Program-made: the position numbers and the translations under genes | Shown here: one piece after another, positions 23,901-38,226 of the stretch | Numbering within the stretch: the first letter of the stretch is position 1 | How the letters are laid out: every line of letters starts with the position of its first letter | Notes under the pieces: generated by a model | Told to the model about the DNA's origin: nothing | Seen by the model: only the letters and a program-made list of their open reading frames with translations | Database searches by the model: none | Source: Yuukianura sp. NJ FZ-2021 | Taxonomy: Eukaryota | NCBI GenBank assembly: GCA_046563655.1 | Contig: CM102285.1 | Location: forward strand, 4,960,001 to 5,024,000 | Length of the DNA stretch: 64,000 nucleotides | Reading direction: 5' to 3'

Positions 23901-26320
23901 TGGTCAACTAGTAACCCTTCATACATAGGTACACTGAACAAATTTTCGGTTGGAGACAGTCGTTCCGTATTTGGAATCCAAATGTGAATGGTAATCCAAA
24001 ACATTGATAGAAACCAGAGGGGCCAAATCCATGCGTGCTGAAGCAGAAAAGTTGTAGTTACATTAATTCAGGATTTAAAAATTTTGTAAAAAATTTATTT
24101 GAAGTTACATTTTGGGCGAAGAAGCTTCCAGTTGGATATACAAATATGAAGTTCCCGTAAAACGGATTGTTAAAAAAGCATGGATCGACGGTAGCCAGAA
24201 CCGTAAGGGTGACTGGAACTGAAAGTATGAGAGGCACGGCGAAACCGAGGCGTTGAATACATATTTGGCACGAATATTTTGCAAAGGCGTAACAAAGCTG
24301 AGCTGCAATGACTTGTAGAAAAAGTGGATTCTAAAAAGAAGCGGAGATGTTTTTTACATATATAATTTATAAACAATTGAATAACTGTGGTTTTATGTTT
24401 CCAATAATCAAAATTTTAAAATTTTCTTACCAGCCAAACATTTAATGGGTTTTGATGAAATGTTTCATATCCAACTGTTGAGTTAACTTTGAATCCAAAT
24501 GCATTTGTGAATTGTGTGAACAAATTGCTTCCATTTTGAATTCCTAGCAAATGTACACTGAAGACCATTACTCCGAGGAAAAGGGCCATTTTCCAAATGG
24601 AAATGACGCCATAAGTCAAGTACCCGTTGACAACTAAGTTTGGTTTGAATTTTGACAAAAATCGTACAAAACCTGAGAAAAATAGGATCACACACATTCT
24701 TATTTCAGTTCGTATTCGCATTATTATTGTATATCCTCAATACATGGTAATTGTTGGTTTTAAAAATGACTTCGTTACCAAAGCTTGACTCAGCGTCAAC
24801 GTAGCTGTTCCAGAATCCGAATGAAGTGAGGATCATGGCAATCGGGAGAAGCCATAAACTGTGTTCTGAACTCTCAGGGAAAAGAACCCACATGAATATG
24901 GTGGTTCCCTGCAAAAGAACTGCTACCAAGGTGATGATTCTGTAAATACTCCAACTACTGCCGTGATAACTACTAAAAACATCTTCAACAAAAATAAACA
25001 ATTAAAATTAGCGTTTGTTAAATAAGAAGTCTGTACGGCATACGTTTAACAATGATATACAGGAAGTAGAAAACGAAGAAACGCTTTCACGGATGTTAAA
25101 TGTGATTTTGCGGAACTGGTCAATGTGAATCAAAATTCAAGAACCAAATGCTTAGGTATTTAGCATTTACAACTATGACTACAGCTTAGAGGTTATGATG
25201 CTATACCTAAATTTTAGCAGTCAAATTCGTAACCAATTGGGATTTAAAAGTCAACTTCCGGTGAAAGCGTTACTTCATTTTCTTCATACTACTATGTGCA
25301 TTACCTAGAATGGCAGGAATGAAGCACACAGTGGTACACAATGCTGCTCCCTTGAAAGAATCCAGCATAGGGAGAATAGCAAAGACGAACAGGGCCAACC
25401 CAATGGTGTGTAGTGTCTAATATTAGTACGTTTATATCAGAGTTATAAAATTTACCAAAAAAAAGTTTTTGCAAAGTTGATAATAATAAAAATCAAGTTT
25501 AGCCATGCAACTAAATTTATAAACTCACTTCAAACAGAAATGGGAAGAAAAATTGAAGAAATGACGGGAGGTGCTGTCCCTTGAATATGCAGAAGCGAAG
25601 TGACCTCAGGAGGGTCAGCAGTTGCGGAACCACAAAAGCAAAGTAGATGAGCCACGTCCAATAGATTCGTTCTTCCTCTGGAATCGGCGGGGCTGAAACA
25701 AGAAATTGATTTAATGTAGTGAAAATTTGTCAAAGTGTCAACTTTTACATTAGCCACTATTGTAATGAGATTCAATTGACCAATAGCAATTTACCAGAAG
25801 TTGAGGCGTTGTTGGTGGAACATGTCGTACTCACGGTTGCGCCTGGGTCAAGTCGCGAGGTCATCACAAGCAAGCTCAGTTTTGCAAACACAGCACCACC
25901 CAAAACCATCGAAAATGTTAAGATATAAACCAACATCTAAAAATTTTAAGCACAAATTTAAACAAAATCGTAAAAATTCAAAATCTTACTTTAAGCATCC
26001 AAGTTATTAAAAATTATAAAGCATATACAGCAAAAAATATAAATTATAGAATTAGGATAATTAAAACACTTTACCTTAAAAGTTTTGACTATGAATTTGT
26101 ACCACGTTTTCTCTTCTACCGGGGTATTGTCAGTAGGTGGTGGCATCACTTGAAACATGTCCCATTTCCGAATTCTGGTTTAAAAAATAAAAGTTTTTTT
26201 TTGTTAAGTTGAAAAAATTATAATTTTTAAAGGTCAAGTCGTAATTTACCCGGTTGGTTCCTCTTCATTCTTCTTTTCCTCCTTAGAATTTTTCACATCC
26301 CCGTCCATTTTCGTATCCAT
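17985..26320 (-). CDS. Chs: Chitin synthase (one late exon interrupted by a hAT MITE)
   Basis: Motifs CATMWHET, IRHKKRWSQ, LALDGDVDF, WYQKFEYAIGHWLQKATEH, CVLCSPGCFSLFR, QYDQGEDRW, QRRRW, NVSWGTRE, LEPIG and AMLFHRFGT; multi-exon. The start (MDTKMDGD, 26320) and stop (NPGFEKEESC*) are inferred from splice signals. Confidence 0.93.
18892..19531. mobile_element. hAT-type MITE with (GAAACG)n subterminal repeats inside a chitin synthase exon
   Basis: TIR TAGGGATGTTCACGTTCCGTTTC / GAAACGGAACGTGAACATCCCTA; 8-bp TSD GCAAAGAA at 18884-18891 and 19532-19539. Confidence 0.92.
20080..21231 (+). mobile_element. Internally deleted P-element-like transposon nested antisense in a chitin synthase intron
   Basis: 17-bp TIR AGGTTGCGTATTACCTC (20081-20097) / GAGGTAATACGCAACCT (21214-21230). 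It lies within Chs intron 19974-21283 and encloses a THAP gene. Confidence 0.85.
20238..21054 (+). CDS. THAP + coiled-coil + P-transposase C-terminal-domain protein (~219 aa), no catalytic domain
   Basis: Exons 20238-20472, 20545-20761 and 20847-21054 total 660 nt and join without a stop. THAP motif CSFPKC...FRVP...W...RICSNHF; C-terminal LKIPSTEF...FHG...PGVI...FIRVRTFIRIRHLN. AATAAA follows at ~21094. Confidence 0.82.
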
Positions 26321-28803
26321 AAATTTGTACTGAAAAATTTAAAACAAATTAGAAAGTGTTCCTTTCAGTCCAATATCACAAGCTCGTACTGCAGACCACT
26401 TCGACCAATTAAATGTTTAAAATTTTTGCAACATTTGAAATAATTGCGAAATGGGGAGTAAGTAGATAGTAGATTGTAGGATTAAATTCGAACAGTATTT
26501 TTAAACTACCAAAAAAATAATTCAGGGTCAGATATAGTATCTCTTCCGAGAAGCAAAGTTCACCAAAATTCCATGAAAAAATGAAACATTCATAGATTCA
26601 GTTTTTATCAAATCGCTGATTCGGAAGGAAATCTTTAAGCCGCTCGTGTTGGAAAACATTTCAAAAGAGGTGCTATCACATCCATTCAATTTGGAATTCA
26701 AACCGCGTTGCGTATTCATTTAATTATAACACTTCAATAATTCGTTTCAGTTGAATTGAGAAATCGAGATACATTTCACAATCATTACGTCAATTTTGAT
26801 ACACCTAATCGGCACCAAAATGGAAAATTATTGGCAACAGTCTATTTTTTCTATTCGTGCTAAACGAACGTATGTTTTTCAGTTTTTTTTTCTCCGAAGC
26901 GTTAAGCCAATTTAATCTTCACAGTTAATCAAAGTAGGTATTCAGTGATATAACCGGCGCAATAATTCCGACGGAAATGCATCTTGATCAATATGGCAAG
27001 TGAAACGATGATGCTAGGTATGTTTTGGTTGACCCAAGAGTCGTCCCCATTTCTCCAAATTTTTGCGCCTGACACGTGACACATCATTTTCCTTTTTGTC
27101 TGAGGTATAACTATGAATAATATAGTTCGATCAAATACAACACCTCACGCACTATTTGATCTCAATGGATCCTCAGCTATACGCCCTAAAAGTTCAGGGC
27201 CCACGTCACACTTTTAGGCCCAGAACATGTCGTTGAATACAAAAATAAACTGTTACACCTAAATATACTGGTACTGAGCTGAGAGCCCCAAAGTGGGACC
27301 CTCTAATGGTTTAAAGTCGGTGAAATAATAATTGTGTCAATAATCATTAAAATGAATGAGAAACTAATAATTTGTGTCAATCCCAATTGGTCCAATTTAC
27401 TTACACATTGTGAGGTCGGTCAGGGGACAAGCCTTAGTGTAGTGCTGAAGTTTTGTAGTACGTACTACAATACTCGGAAAAAGTTTACTAATTTGAGTTA
27501 TTACTTTTGTCTAGACTAGTTTGATGGTTTTCAGCGTGTTGGGTAAGAATTTATCCACGGAGACCCAACTTTCCACTATTTTCAATTTTTTTTTTCAAAA
27601 TTTTGAAAAAAGAAATGTTAAAAAACGACTTTATATTTGCTCCGATTTGAATGACATTCATTTTCCAGAGTAACTCGTGGGTGCTGGAACCGATTCTGAA
27701 ATTAAATTCAGCAAATATCTGCAATTAACCTAACCTAACCTAACTTAATGTAAACCAAATTCCAATTGCAGGTTCGAATGCTCGAATTAACCTAGAAAAT
27801 GAATTTCATGAATTTGGAGCAAAGAAAAGTTTTTTTTTTGAAATCTTAAAAAATAATTTTTTTTTTGCAAAATTAAAAAAAACTTCTTTTTCCGCGGTCA
27901 AATTTTTACTTAATTGATTCCATTGTAGAAGTACAAAAAATTTTGACAAAAGTACTGTAGTAATCCACAATAGTAAACTTTTACCCAATCCTCTTCTTAA
28001 CTAACCAATGAATAGACTTGCTTCTTAACCTAGTACATAGGGGTTATATATTATACTTAAATAATTAAAGTTAAATAATCCACGTTAATTAAATAATCCA
28101 ATCGTCTGTGGCGTGGTTACTGATATTTATTAAATTAGTCCATAGTTAAAATATCCAGGTTGGGTGAAACTGGAATAACCTAAGTAGCTGCGGTTAATTA
28201 GCTTCAACTCCGCCCTCGTATTAAACGTAACTACTACTAATTTGTAAAACCGCGAATTATTTTTGTAGTGCGTTTGACACCTGTCGCCTAACCATAGTGA
28301 TAGTGGAAATAAGGCGTTGGGGAAAATGCCGGAGAAGCATTGCTGTCGAGTAGGGGTCGCAGACTCGTCCGGTTTTTCAGAAGCGAGTTTCGAGTCCAGA
28401 ATTTGGGCGACGAGTCTATACTCGAGTCTCACTTTGAACCATATTATTCCGGGAATTAAAGAGAATGGAATGACTACAGATTAATACCAGAATGCGAAGC
28501 ATTCTTGTTGGGGATCGCCCCAGACTCACTATGGTGTTAGAAATAAAGTCACGAGAAATTGCTGGTATATTTTTTCCGAAAGAAAAAGCAGAAAATTAAT
28601 TTTATTGAAAATTTTTAAAATTTAAATACATTTGGTGTACTTAGTTACATTTAAAATGTATCTTCCGCTAAATATATTTTTCGTTCTACTATTTTTATTA
28701 CTGAACTGAACGCTATCCAAAAAGGTCCTGCTGTTGAAATTCTAAACTTAAGTTTAAACTATTTTAATGGTTCATAACAAATTTTATTCCTAACGTTTTT
28801 GCC

Positions 28804-30054
28804 TCAGCGATACGTTAACAAAAGACTAACTGTAGTGTTCAGAACAACATCTGCGTAGGTGTGGAGACAGAAATCTCTTTCTGAAATTGTAAAGAATTCG
28901 CCAACACTGGCTACAATTGGTTGGCACGATTTTCTGAAACTACTTTCATACTTTGTACGTGGCAAATTCCTACTATTTTTTAAAGTGTAGTAGCGCTCAG
29001 AATAAAGTCTAAGATTTATAGCTTGTTGACAAAGGACAAAGCCACTTGTAAATATTATTATATCCAAGACCGTGAATATGAGTGGTATGACAGGGTTTGC
29101 TCGCCAGTTGCTTTTGAAAATTGCGAATGTAATTGAAATTACAACAAGAATGTTTCCAAAATACGCAATTTGAATCCACCACTTCTGCTTGTCATTGTAA
29201 ATTGCAATAAATACTTGGATTCTTCGGTACAACTCACAACAGTTGTTCTGCTGTATGTCACTTGTACAAGATTCTTGAAGTGTGGCTAGCGTTTTCAACC
29301 ACTGCTGAACGAATGTACTAATTAAAAGAATACAAAGCATACCAAATAAAGCCCAGAATACAACAAAATTTCCTGTTATAGTTACGATTACGCTTGCCAA
29401 AACTACTGCGCTAATATTGCTACCAATTAAAACTGAAATTACACGAACAATTAACCCCGTGAAGAACAGGTCAGCAAACGCGGCTAGAGTAATGAATAGG
29501 GGTAAGTAAAGGAAAAACGGATAAACCGATAATTTAAAAAGGTGGACATAAAAGTATACAACTCTGTCAATCTGTTCCCGACAAATTTCATCACCAAACG
29601 TTTTACCTGTTAAACAAAGAAATAAGAACTCTCAAATTATATTTTAATGAAATATTTTGATCTGAAATAGTTTGTAATATATTATATATAACTAACGTGT
29701 GTCGTGCTCAAGTTTTAGGAATCCGTTGACAAATGTGATGGCTGCATCGCAATCTGCATTCCAAAGTATTTCCGAGTATATTGTAAAGACTGCGATGACG
29801 CCAAATGCGATTTCAGCGGCAAGGTTTAAAGGGTGACTACGTTCTGCTATGGCTTGTACCGGAACGAATTGAGCCATGATGTACGTTGTTAGTATTCGAA
29901 GTAATGGAGTTATTAATTTTACTGTTTTAAGTATTTTGTGTGGAACAAGTTCCATTTTCCACTGTTTTGATTTGAGACGGACCAAATTGTATGGGCAAAT
30001 GTTAAAATATTGCCCCAGTTTCAAGTACTGATTCAACTCAGTGTAAGCAGACAT
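28804..30054 (-). CDS. Multi-pass membrane protein, gustatory/chemoreceptor-like
   Basis: Two exons (29697-30054 and 28804-29606) join in frame to give ~386 aa with several hydrophobic segments. The C-terminus FRKSCQPIVASVGEFFTI...VSLLLT resembles divergent arthropod GR-like proteins. Confidence 0.65.
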
Positions 30055-30465
30055 TGTTATGTGAATTGTAATTCGGCATTCTGAGGTCAAAAAGAAGTAA
30101 TACGTAGGAAATACGTTTTTGTCAATGTTGCTTCAAAGAATTCTGTTTTAGACTGTTATTTGTCTAGGTATGTGGAGCTTAAACCTTGAAAGACTGAAGA
30201 GGCCAAAGATACAGTGAGAGGACCTAAAAAGTAGACGGCCGGAAATTGTTGCTACGGGCAAGAAAACAAACGTTCGTGAATATTGGGGGGAAACTTTGTC
30301 AACAAGTTCGTCACAATTCTTTTTTCTTTTTGAATTTCCAGCTCAGTTCAACACAGTTTGTGAGGAATTCCGTTGAGTTAGGGTTAAACTAACGTTAAGT
30401 TTCCCGGAAACTTTACCAACTTAACTGAGAAGTTAACATTATTTCTCCTACTGTAGTTTTCAGTA

Positions 30466-31416
30466 GGGGAGGATGGGGGCAAGTGAATCATGGGGTCAGG
30501 CGAATCACCCTAAATAATTTAGGTTTAAATGCAGTTTAAAAATCGGAAAAATTCACAATTATACACATCATGCATATTTCTTTATAACACAAGTGTCAGT
30601 AGCAAAATTAATTTGCCTGGTAATCGCCCAGATTTTTTTAAAGAAAAATTGGTCGAAAAAAAGGCAATACTAAAATCTTCATGTTAGCACTAAATCACAC
30701 AGCACACCTAAACCTAGTGAATTTCTGGTATTTTGATTATAGAAATAGGTTCCTGAATCGATTCTGCACGAGTAGATCATAACAGCTGATTTTTTTCAGT
30801 GATGCATGACTAGCCGAACTGTGTTTAATGAAAAAAGTGGAGGTGGGGTCAGGTGAATCACACGCTATTGGATAGTACATTATAGCTTAAAAAAATACAT
30901 TTTTTAGACTATGGAGGAAGATCAATTTAACTGGCGTATTTTGTAGTTTTTAATCGTTTTTACGTCATAAAACGATTTTTTCAATTTTTTTTTTGTCGAA
31001 ATCCATCCAAGAACGTACCAAAAAGCTGTGAATTGCAAAAAAATTAATTCTACTGGCAATTTAATTAATGTAAACCGGCAACCACTTTGAAGCAATTCAG
31101 AACAGTTTGCCCTAGCATTGTTTAACAGAAAATTTGAAGTTTTCTTCACATTTGATTAATTGAAGCCAGTGATTCAGCTGACCACATGACCTGATTCACC
31201 TGCCCCCATAGAGTGGGGTCAGGTGAATCACTTCCCAGTTTTTACAAAAACGTTTTTTAAAAGAATATCGAAATGTTTAAAAATGTAAAATAATTATTAA
31301 TACCTTACCAAATGCATAGTTAATGAAATCCCGTTTACAGAAAAATTTAAAAAAATTACTGGTAATTTTTTATCGATTTTTAAACAAAAAGTGATTCACC
31401 TGCCCCCATCCTCCCC
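30466..31416. mobile_element. Non-autonomous Tc1/mariner (pogo-like) element
   Basis: TIR GGGGAGGATGGGGGCA(A/G)GTGAATCA / TGATTCACCTGCCCCCATCCTCCCC flanked by TA; internal repeats of GGGGTCAGGTGAATCA. Confidence 0.82.
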
Positions 31417-32024
31417 TACCCTCACTGTACATGCCCGCACTCACCTCTGAAAGAACTTAATTATTTCCGGCCAAAAATTGAAAATTGTGACCAACATTCA
31501 CAGAGTTGCCAATAAGGAGATTAGTTTTAAGAATTTAAAGGCTATGGCCAGAACTTACTCCAACTGATAAATTTGTTAGAATTTTTAGAAAAGCTTGAAA
31601 TTGGTAACTTGAATCTGTCAAAATTCCAAGGCCTAAAAATCTATTTCTTATGTGCGTGGTTGAAAATGAGTTGAAAAATGAGTGGCTTACCTTCGAAGAA
31701 AAGAGATGCTATGTGCGAAATTTAAATTGATTACATTTCTAGGGAATTTTTAGGAAGAGAAAGTTTTGATGCCAAGTTTTTTTTTTTTTCATTTATCAGG
31801 ACATCAACGCCAATTACCACACAGAAGAGAGAGAAGCAACTATAGTTACATCAATTTCTTAATTATCCTTAATCGGCGAACATATTTTATATGCTTATTA
31901 ACTCTTTTTAGGAACATTTGCGTTTTCACACTTTTCTTCCGATTTCATTTTGCTTTCTGCATGATTATTTGCATGAGCAAATAAACTAAAGATAAAGATA
32001 CTGGACCTTCTGCATCTTCTGAAG

Positions 32025-32720
32025 GTTCCCGGTCATAACCGCCAATCCAATAACCGCCAATCCTAAAACCGCCAATCAAAAACCGCCAATTTCAAAAACC
32101 GCCAATTTCTAAAATCGACAATCCTTTAACCGCCAATCCTAAAACCGCCAATTTCTAAAATCGACAATCCTTTAAGCGACAATCCTAAAATCGGCAACTT
32201 CAAAAATCGACAATTCCAAAATCGGCAAAATGGAACTGTTGGGGTGTAGCACTGATTCGCATGTGGCCCAAGCAAGACTTAGACAATAGAACCTATACAG
32301 ACGTAATCACTGTTGCGTGCTATACCAAACCTAACTCCGCGCCTTCGGCGCGGTGCCGCAAACTAAGCTAGACACACTTGTCCGTATTACCATGTGTGTC
32401 ACTATAACCAGACTTAGACAATAGAACCTTCAGACGTTATCAGTATTGCTATGAATTGGATTAAACGATTGTCGATTTTAGAAATTGTCGATTTTAGGAT
32501 TGTCGCTTAAAGGATTGTCGATTTTAGAAACTGGCGGTTTTTGAAACTGGCGGTTTTAGGATTGGCGGTTAAAGGATTGGCGATTTTGGAAATTGGCGTT
32601 TTTTGAAATTGGCGGTTTTAGGATTGGCGAGTAAGGGATTGGCGGTTTTAGAAATTGGCGGTTTTTGATTGGCGGTTTTAGGATTGGCGGTTATTGGATT
32701 GGCGGATATGACCTGCTACG
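32025..32720. mobile_element. Mutator-like MITE with arrayed AACCGCCAAT subterminal repeats
   Basis: 9-bp TSD CTTCTGAAG at 32016-32024 and 32721-32729; inverted arrays of ~14-15-bp AAAACCGCCAATCC units; GGTCATA/TATGACC near the termini. Confidence 0.87.
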
Positions 32721-34980
32721 CTTCTGAAGTACCGGTCGTACTTTGAACGCTGTAAATTTCAACTATTTTATATTTCTGAATTCTCTTCCAAGCCTCTTGT
32801 TAGAGAGTAAACTACAATTAAGTTGCTAGGAACATGCTGAGATTTTAAATTCACTCGTTTGCCTCTTCGACTATTGCTTTTTACTATTCCAATAACGCTC
32901 ACAACCTGCTCTGAATAAATACACTTCCACAATTACAGGAGAAAAATTCCTCCGGAGATTTCTAGACAGTTGACCTTTTTGAAAATTACAAAAGCCTACA
33001 GCGTGTTCCATTTCATTTCCCTACACTTCCCAATTGTTTCCCACGCTTGGGAAGTAACGGGGAAGAAATCAAGAGGTTAAGTTCCAAATTGAGAGGAGTT
33101 CAAAATCGTGGCCTTTGACCTTTTTCAAAATTCCAAGTGTTATTTTCATTTCCTTAAAAAAATTCGATTCTGAGTCGTGTAGGGTAGGAAGGAGTGTAGC
33201 ATTCTAATCTTGAGCGCGAAGGTGAAGAAAGCACAATTGAATACGAGTTTTTTTTGCGTGTCGCGTTTTTCATTAATTTTAGCCTGTGTCTGCAGAAAAT
33301 TTCAAGATTAAAGCAGAAGGTCGAATATGTGTTAAAAATTGCAATAAAAATACTAGCTATGTTCCTCAACGTTGCAAATTGCCCGAACAATACGATAAGA
33401 TAACACATGACGATCTTAGAGCCATTAAAACAAAAGTAGTGGTCACGGATAACCGCGGTTCTACGTCCTAGTCATAGGATTCGCTTGTAAGCGATAGCTA
33501 GCGAAAAATCTGTCGCACAAAGTAACGACTCATCTAAACAGTGTTTCGATCATTTCCGACTTATCTGGGAATTATCGGTGCCCGTGCATTACTTCATTTG
33601 ATGGCTGCTTTACTTGTACTACTGAGTGAGGTTAAGGTTGACATAGGGCGGATTACAGTCGAAAATTTCTTAATTTTCAACATATTGGCAACAAATGATA
33701 AAAATAATGCTAATCTATTTTTTAATTGATAGTTAGATTGTAAGCTATGAGTGAAATGTTTAATGATCAGGTATGATGATCCGGCTGAAGTCAGGATGGC
33801 AAGTTCCTAATTTGGTGAAGTATGGTCACATAGCATCTCGTTTCAGGCATCATTCAACCCAGATTCCGAGCACGATACGAACGACACAGGATGCAACTTA
33901 TTCGGGCGGTAATACAAAGAGTAATAGGGACCGTTTTCCCCCTAATGCTGCGCATACTGCTGGATGCGGGTGGAAGAAACGAGAATAAAGTTCGAAACCT
34001 TTTGAGAAGACGACTTTGTACTGTTTTGTACTGGTAAGTACTTGTGGCAGCGGCTTTTCTGTTAGCGTCAGGTCAACGTTCGCTACAACTATTATATCAA
34101 TTACGATAAATCTGGAAATTATCAATACAGTTGGCTTTACGCCATCGTACCAAGATCGAAGTCAAAAAAGTAAGTCCATTTTTCAGTTGACTGAGTATAT
34201 CTGTTCAAATGCATTTCTCGATGGGGTTGTTAGCAATGCAATGGTTGGCTTGGTAGGTAGGCAGAGATATAAATTTTCTGTCCGAAAAGCTGGAAGTGGT
34301 GTCCTGGTGTCCCCTGACAACTTGAAAAATTACCCTTACAAAACTGGTTTAGTTCAATGAGGCGATGGTTTTTACCTCACATTTTACCATGTGCGTACCG
34401 GGTTGAGGTCAAAGGTCTTAGGCGAATCAGGCATGGTCTAAAATTTGACGGTTTAAGAACATTAAGAACACTTCAATAACCCTCTGAATCAATATTATTT
34501 TATTCTGTAAGGTTTTATTTTATTCTAATCATAAATTTTAAGGTAAGCGCATAAAGCACAGGAGTTGCTTACTGTCAATGACCTGTCATTCAACCTGACC
34601 CTGACCCAACCAAGTCTTATCTTAATAAGACTTCTTTAGGTAAGACTTGGTGGTGCCAACTAATTATAAACTCAGATTTAAGACAACAAAGTCGCGCGTG
34701 CCCCCTCTCTAGGCATGTGATTTGCTACATTTCTCTAGTAAACTCTTCGTCTCTAAATTATAATTTAGCCATGCATTGTATTCGTAACCGTTTTAAGGAG
34801 TAGTTGTATTATGATAGCATTTTTATATATTAAGTTAGTGAAGCGAAGGAATAAGCACGATAACGAACATTTGAAACAATCACATTCTCTAAAAAAACAC
34901 TTAATTAACTGTTTTTTTTTTATAGGAATTACGAATAAGGCTGTGGCAGGAGAAACTGCTCAACACGAATTTCAGCAAGG

Positions 34981-37557
34981 ATGGCGAATGCTACCCAGTT
35001 CATCGGGTGTAAAATTAGCTTGATTTCAAAGTCTGAAATTCGATATGAAGGAATCCTGTATTCGTTGGATGTGGTGGAGGCTACGATTTCGCTCGCAAAA
35101 GGTATATAGTCACTCGACCCGTTCTTAATGAAAAATTTACGCTAAAAACAACTTATTCATTGTGTAGTGAAATCCTTTGGAACGGAAGATCGTCCTACTG
35201 AGCGTATGGTACCACCGAAAGACGAGATCTATGAGTTTATTATTTTCCGGGGATCAGATATCAAGGGGATCGATGTTGTTGAACCGCCAAAACCCACACC
35301 ACCATTAGTCAACGACGGGCTGCCTAATGATCCTGCCATTGTTGAAGTTTCTCACTACGTATGTTCAGATACAAACGTATAAGTTAGTTAAGGTAATCTC
35401 CTGGCCTCTGATCCAGATCGTTTAATTTGTTTTTCTGAATTCTTTTCGATACCACATGAAGCATACATCGTCGAGAGCACAACCACATGCGTCAAGTATC
35501 GGCCCAGTACCTGTTCAGGTTCAAGTGGCACCAGTCTATGGTGGTGCAGGAAGTGGAAACAATTACGGATCGAGTCCATTCGGTACCACGAGTGCCGCAG
35601 CATCTAGCTCCTCTAGTGTACAGACAAAGCCACCAGCACCGTCTCAACAACAATCGCATTTGCAGCAGCACTTGCCATCCCCTAATGCGGTTAGTACACG
35701 TTCCGCCGTTGTTGGGTCCGATGTGCACGAACCAGCTAGTGTTGCACCAACTGCAACTCATGAGACTAACGACGAAGACTTGACGGCTAAAGAACCAAGT
35801 AAGTTCCTCCTGCCCCTTTTCAAGGCAACAAGGGGCAATAAATAATTGCTCACTAACTCATGATTTTCCATAAGACTTTGAATGCAACTTTTGAACTCTC
35901 CGGGAGGAACGACGCTCGGAAAATTATAGAATCACTTTTTTGCATTATTAGAACAAGAAACTTAAATTCTGCACAAGACGCAAATGCAAGTCCGTGTCCC
36001 AAAACCATGACCGAACTTAAAATCAGTTTAGTTTTTAGTAGCCAGAGCTGATTTACTCTCACCCTTATAATGTTCCAAAACACTTTTTCGCAAAACGCGC
36101 GTTTTCTAACGTAAGTAGCATCCCCATCAATTTGAAAAACCTGCCAAACAATCCGATGGCTCACCATTTGGACGGCTTAGTTAGCATACCCTTAATTCCT
36201 TAAACCTACTCTAACATAAACGTAGAGAATGCTAGTGTGAAAACCAATCCTTGTAGTTTTCTGACCGGTGTTCCTAGCATTCAGAAGTCCCACCTTCTGC
36301 CCTTATGATAGTCGTGTAGAAAATCATGTGTTTTTAGTGTTAACTAATTTTACCTGCATTTCGTTAAATCAAATCCTATCCTAATGTTAAAATGGCACGT
36401 CGTATGCCTTAGAAATGAGATTCTATTGATAAAGTATTTTTTTTTCTAAAATGGAAATTCTAAATACAACTATTAATAAAAGCATTTTGTTCTGTGTTCA
36501 CAGGTTCTCAATCCACAAACACTGTCTTCACAGCCGGAATTAGGAAACAGGAAGAGGGTCAATCTAGAGTGCCGTATGGACGAGGAGGAAATAATCGAGG
36601 CAGAGGGCACGGATTCTATCGGGGAAGTGGAGACGAGCGGCACAGAGGCGGTGGCAATCGCGGAGGTGAAGGTGGTGGATATGTTCATCGGGGAGGTCGT
36701 GGACGTCAACAACCGAGGTCTCAGGATTACGGGATGGAGTCTGGAAGTGGTCGTGGAAGGACCATTCCGTCACACGATTACTCACACAATGAGGGACAAG
36801 ATTCGTCGCCTCAACAGCGACAAAGTCAAGGGTATCAGCCACGAGGAAGAGGAGGAGCAAGCTACAATAATGCATCTTACGGTGGATACCGTGGTGGTAG
36901 GGGTGGTGGCGGTTTTCGAAATAATCGAACGCAAGGAATCCTTCGAGCACCTCAATCTGCCAAAGTCACTTTCGACAACGATTTTGATTTTGAGAAAGCC
37001 AATGAAGAGCTGCAGACCGCCATCAAGAACTTAAAATTGACGGAAAAAGCGAACGCAGGATTGGAAGAGAGTAACGAAGTGAGTAACCAGGTTGCGCATG
37101 GCGTTAAGGACACGGAGGAACAGGAAAACAAGGAGCCACAACATCCTTGCTACAAGAAGGATGATTTCTTTGACTCTATTAGTTGTGAAGCTTTGGAACG
37201 TGGAAAGGGGTACTAAAAAACGATTTACATGTCAAGTTCAATGCAAATGTAATTCTTAAAGCTGTTGTTTCGAATTTCAGAGCTAGTAATCGCCCCGACT
37301 GGAAGGCTGAGCGAAAGTTGAACGCCGAAACCTTTGGGTTTACTCAAACAGGTCGTGGGGGAGGCATGGGGTACAACCGCGGAGGCGGTGGGCGGAGCTA
37401 CTATAATAGTTATGGTGGTGGATACGGTGGTCGTGGAAATTCACGTGGTGGGTACTCCAACTACTCCAATTCCAATCGGTACAACAATGGCCGTCGTGGA
37501 CGTGGAGTAGGTTCGGATTCATCGCCTCAGAGCACGCGTGGTTCCATCGCCTTCTAA
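34981..37557 (+). CDS. LSM14: LSM14 / trailer hitch (RAP55) P-body protein
   Basis: Lsm domain [21 protein letters not shown]...[11 protein letters not shown]...[15 protein letters not shown] ([11 protein letters not shown]), FFD ([13 protein letters not shown]) and TFG ([10 protein letters not shown]) boxes; RGG tracts; 5 coding exons. Confidence 0.95.
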
Positions 37558-38226
37558 ATGGCTAATCGTCACCTTAGAACGTCAGAAGACAGAAGAATGA
37601 AGTGAGTTGGTGACATTGTACGGCCATTTGAATGATGTGAATATCTCTACCTTTATTAAATCTAAATGATAAAGTTCCAAAGGTTTACTTGACTAAGAAA
37701 CTGAAATTACTTTAAAGCTCTAAAGCCTCGGCTACATATTAATTCATGTCTTTTCTGCAGCCCTTTCCTCTTTTTAATAATAGCTATGATAAATTGAGCT
37801 AATTTGATTATTGTTCCCTTTCCTGAAAGTACTTTGGTTCATTTTAGCGTAATATTGGAAAATTGAACTTTTTTGACTGAATTGATGAATTCTTAGTAAA
37901 TTTTGTTTTTCACAGAGAAATTGTAGATGATGTTACAAGAATTGCTCCTCAGTTTTATTACATTATTTTAGGCTGCAACTTTTTTGTTTTCCAAACCAAT
38001 CTTCCGATTGATTATTGATTTTCTTTTGCTGGGTTTTCGATAGGCGAATTCTCGATTACAAGTTTAATAATGAATCATTAGTAATTTGTATGATTGAAAC
38101 TTTAATTTTGACAAACAAAAGGGTATAGAAGAATAAGTGCCCTCCTGCCCTCATACTTCATCCCCGCAATAGCCTTAGCATATGATATCTCCTTAAACGT
38201 TGAATTAGTATTATGACAATGTATTT

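Noticed and set aside
30186..30325. Hammerhead-like arrangement CTGAAGA-GGCC...GGCC-GGAAATTGT...ACAATTC
   Set aside because: The core has GGAA or an extra G instead of GAAA, the loops are long, and stem I is only A/G:U pairs; chance is likely.
33750..34434. Possible minus-strand gene or C/D snoRNA upstream of LSM14
   Set aside because: Candidate exons hit stops in all frames and the C/D boxes are imperfect.
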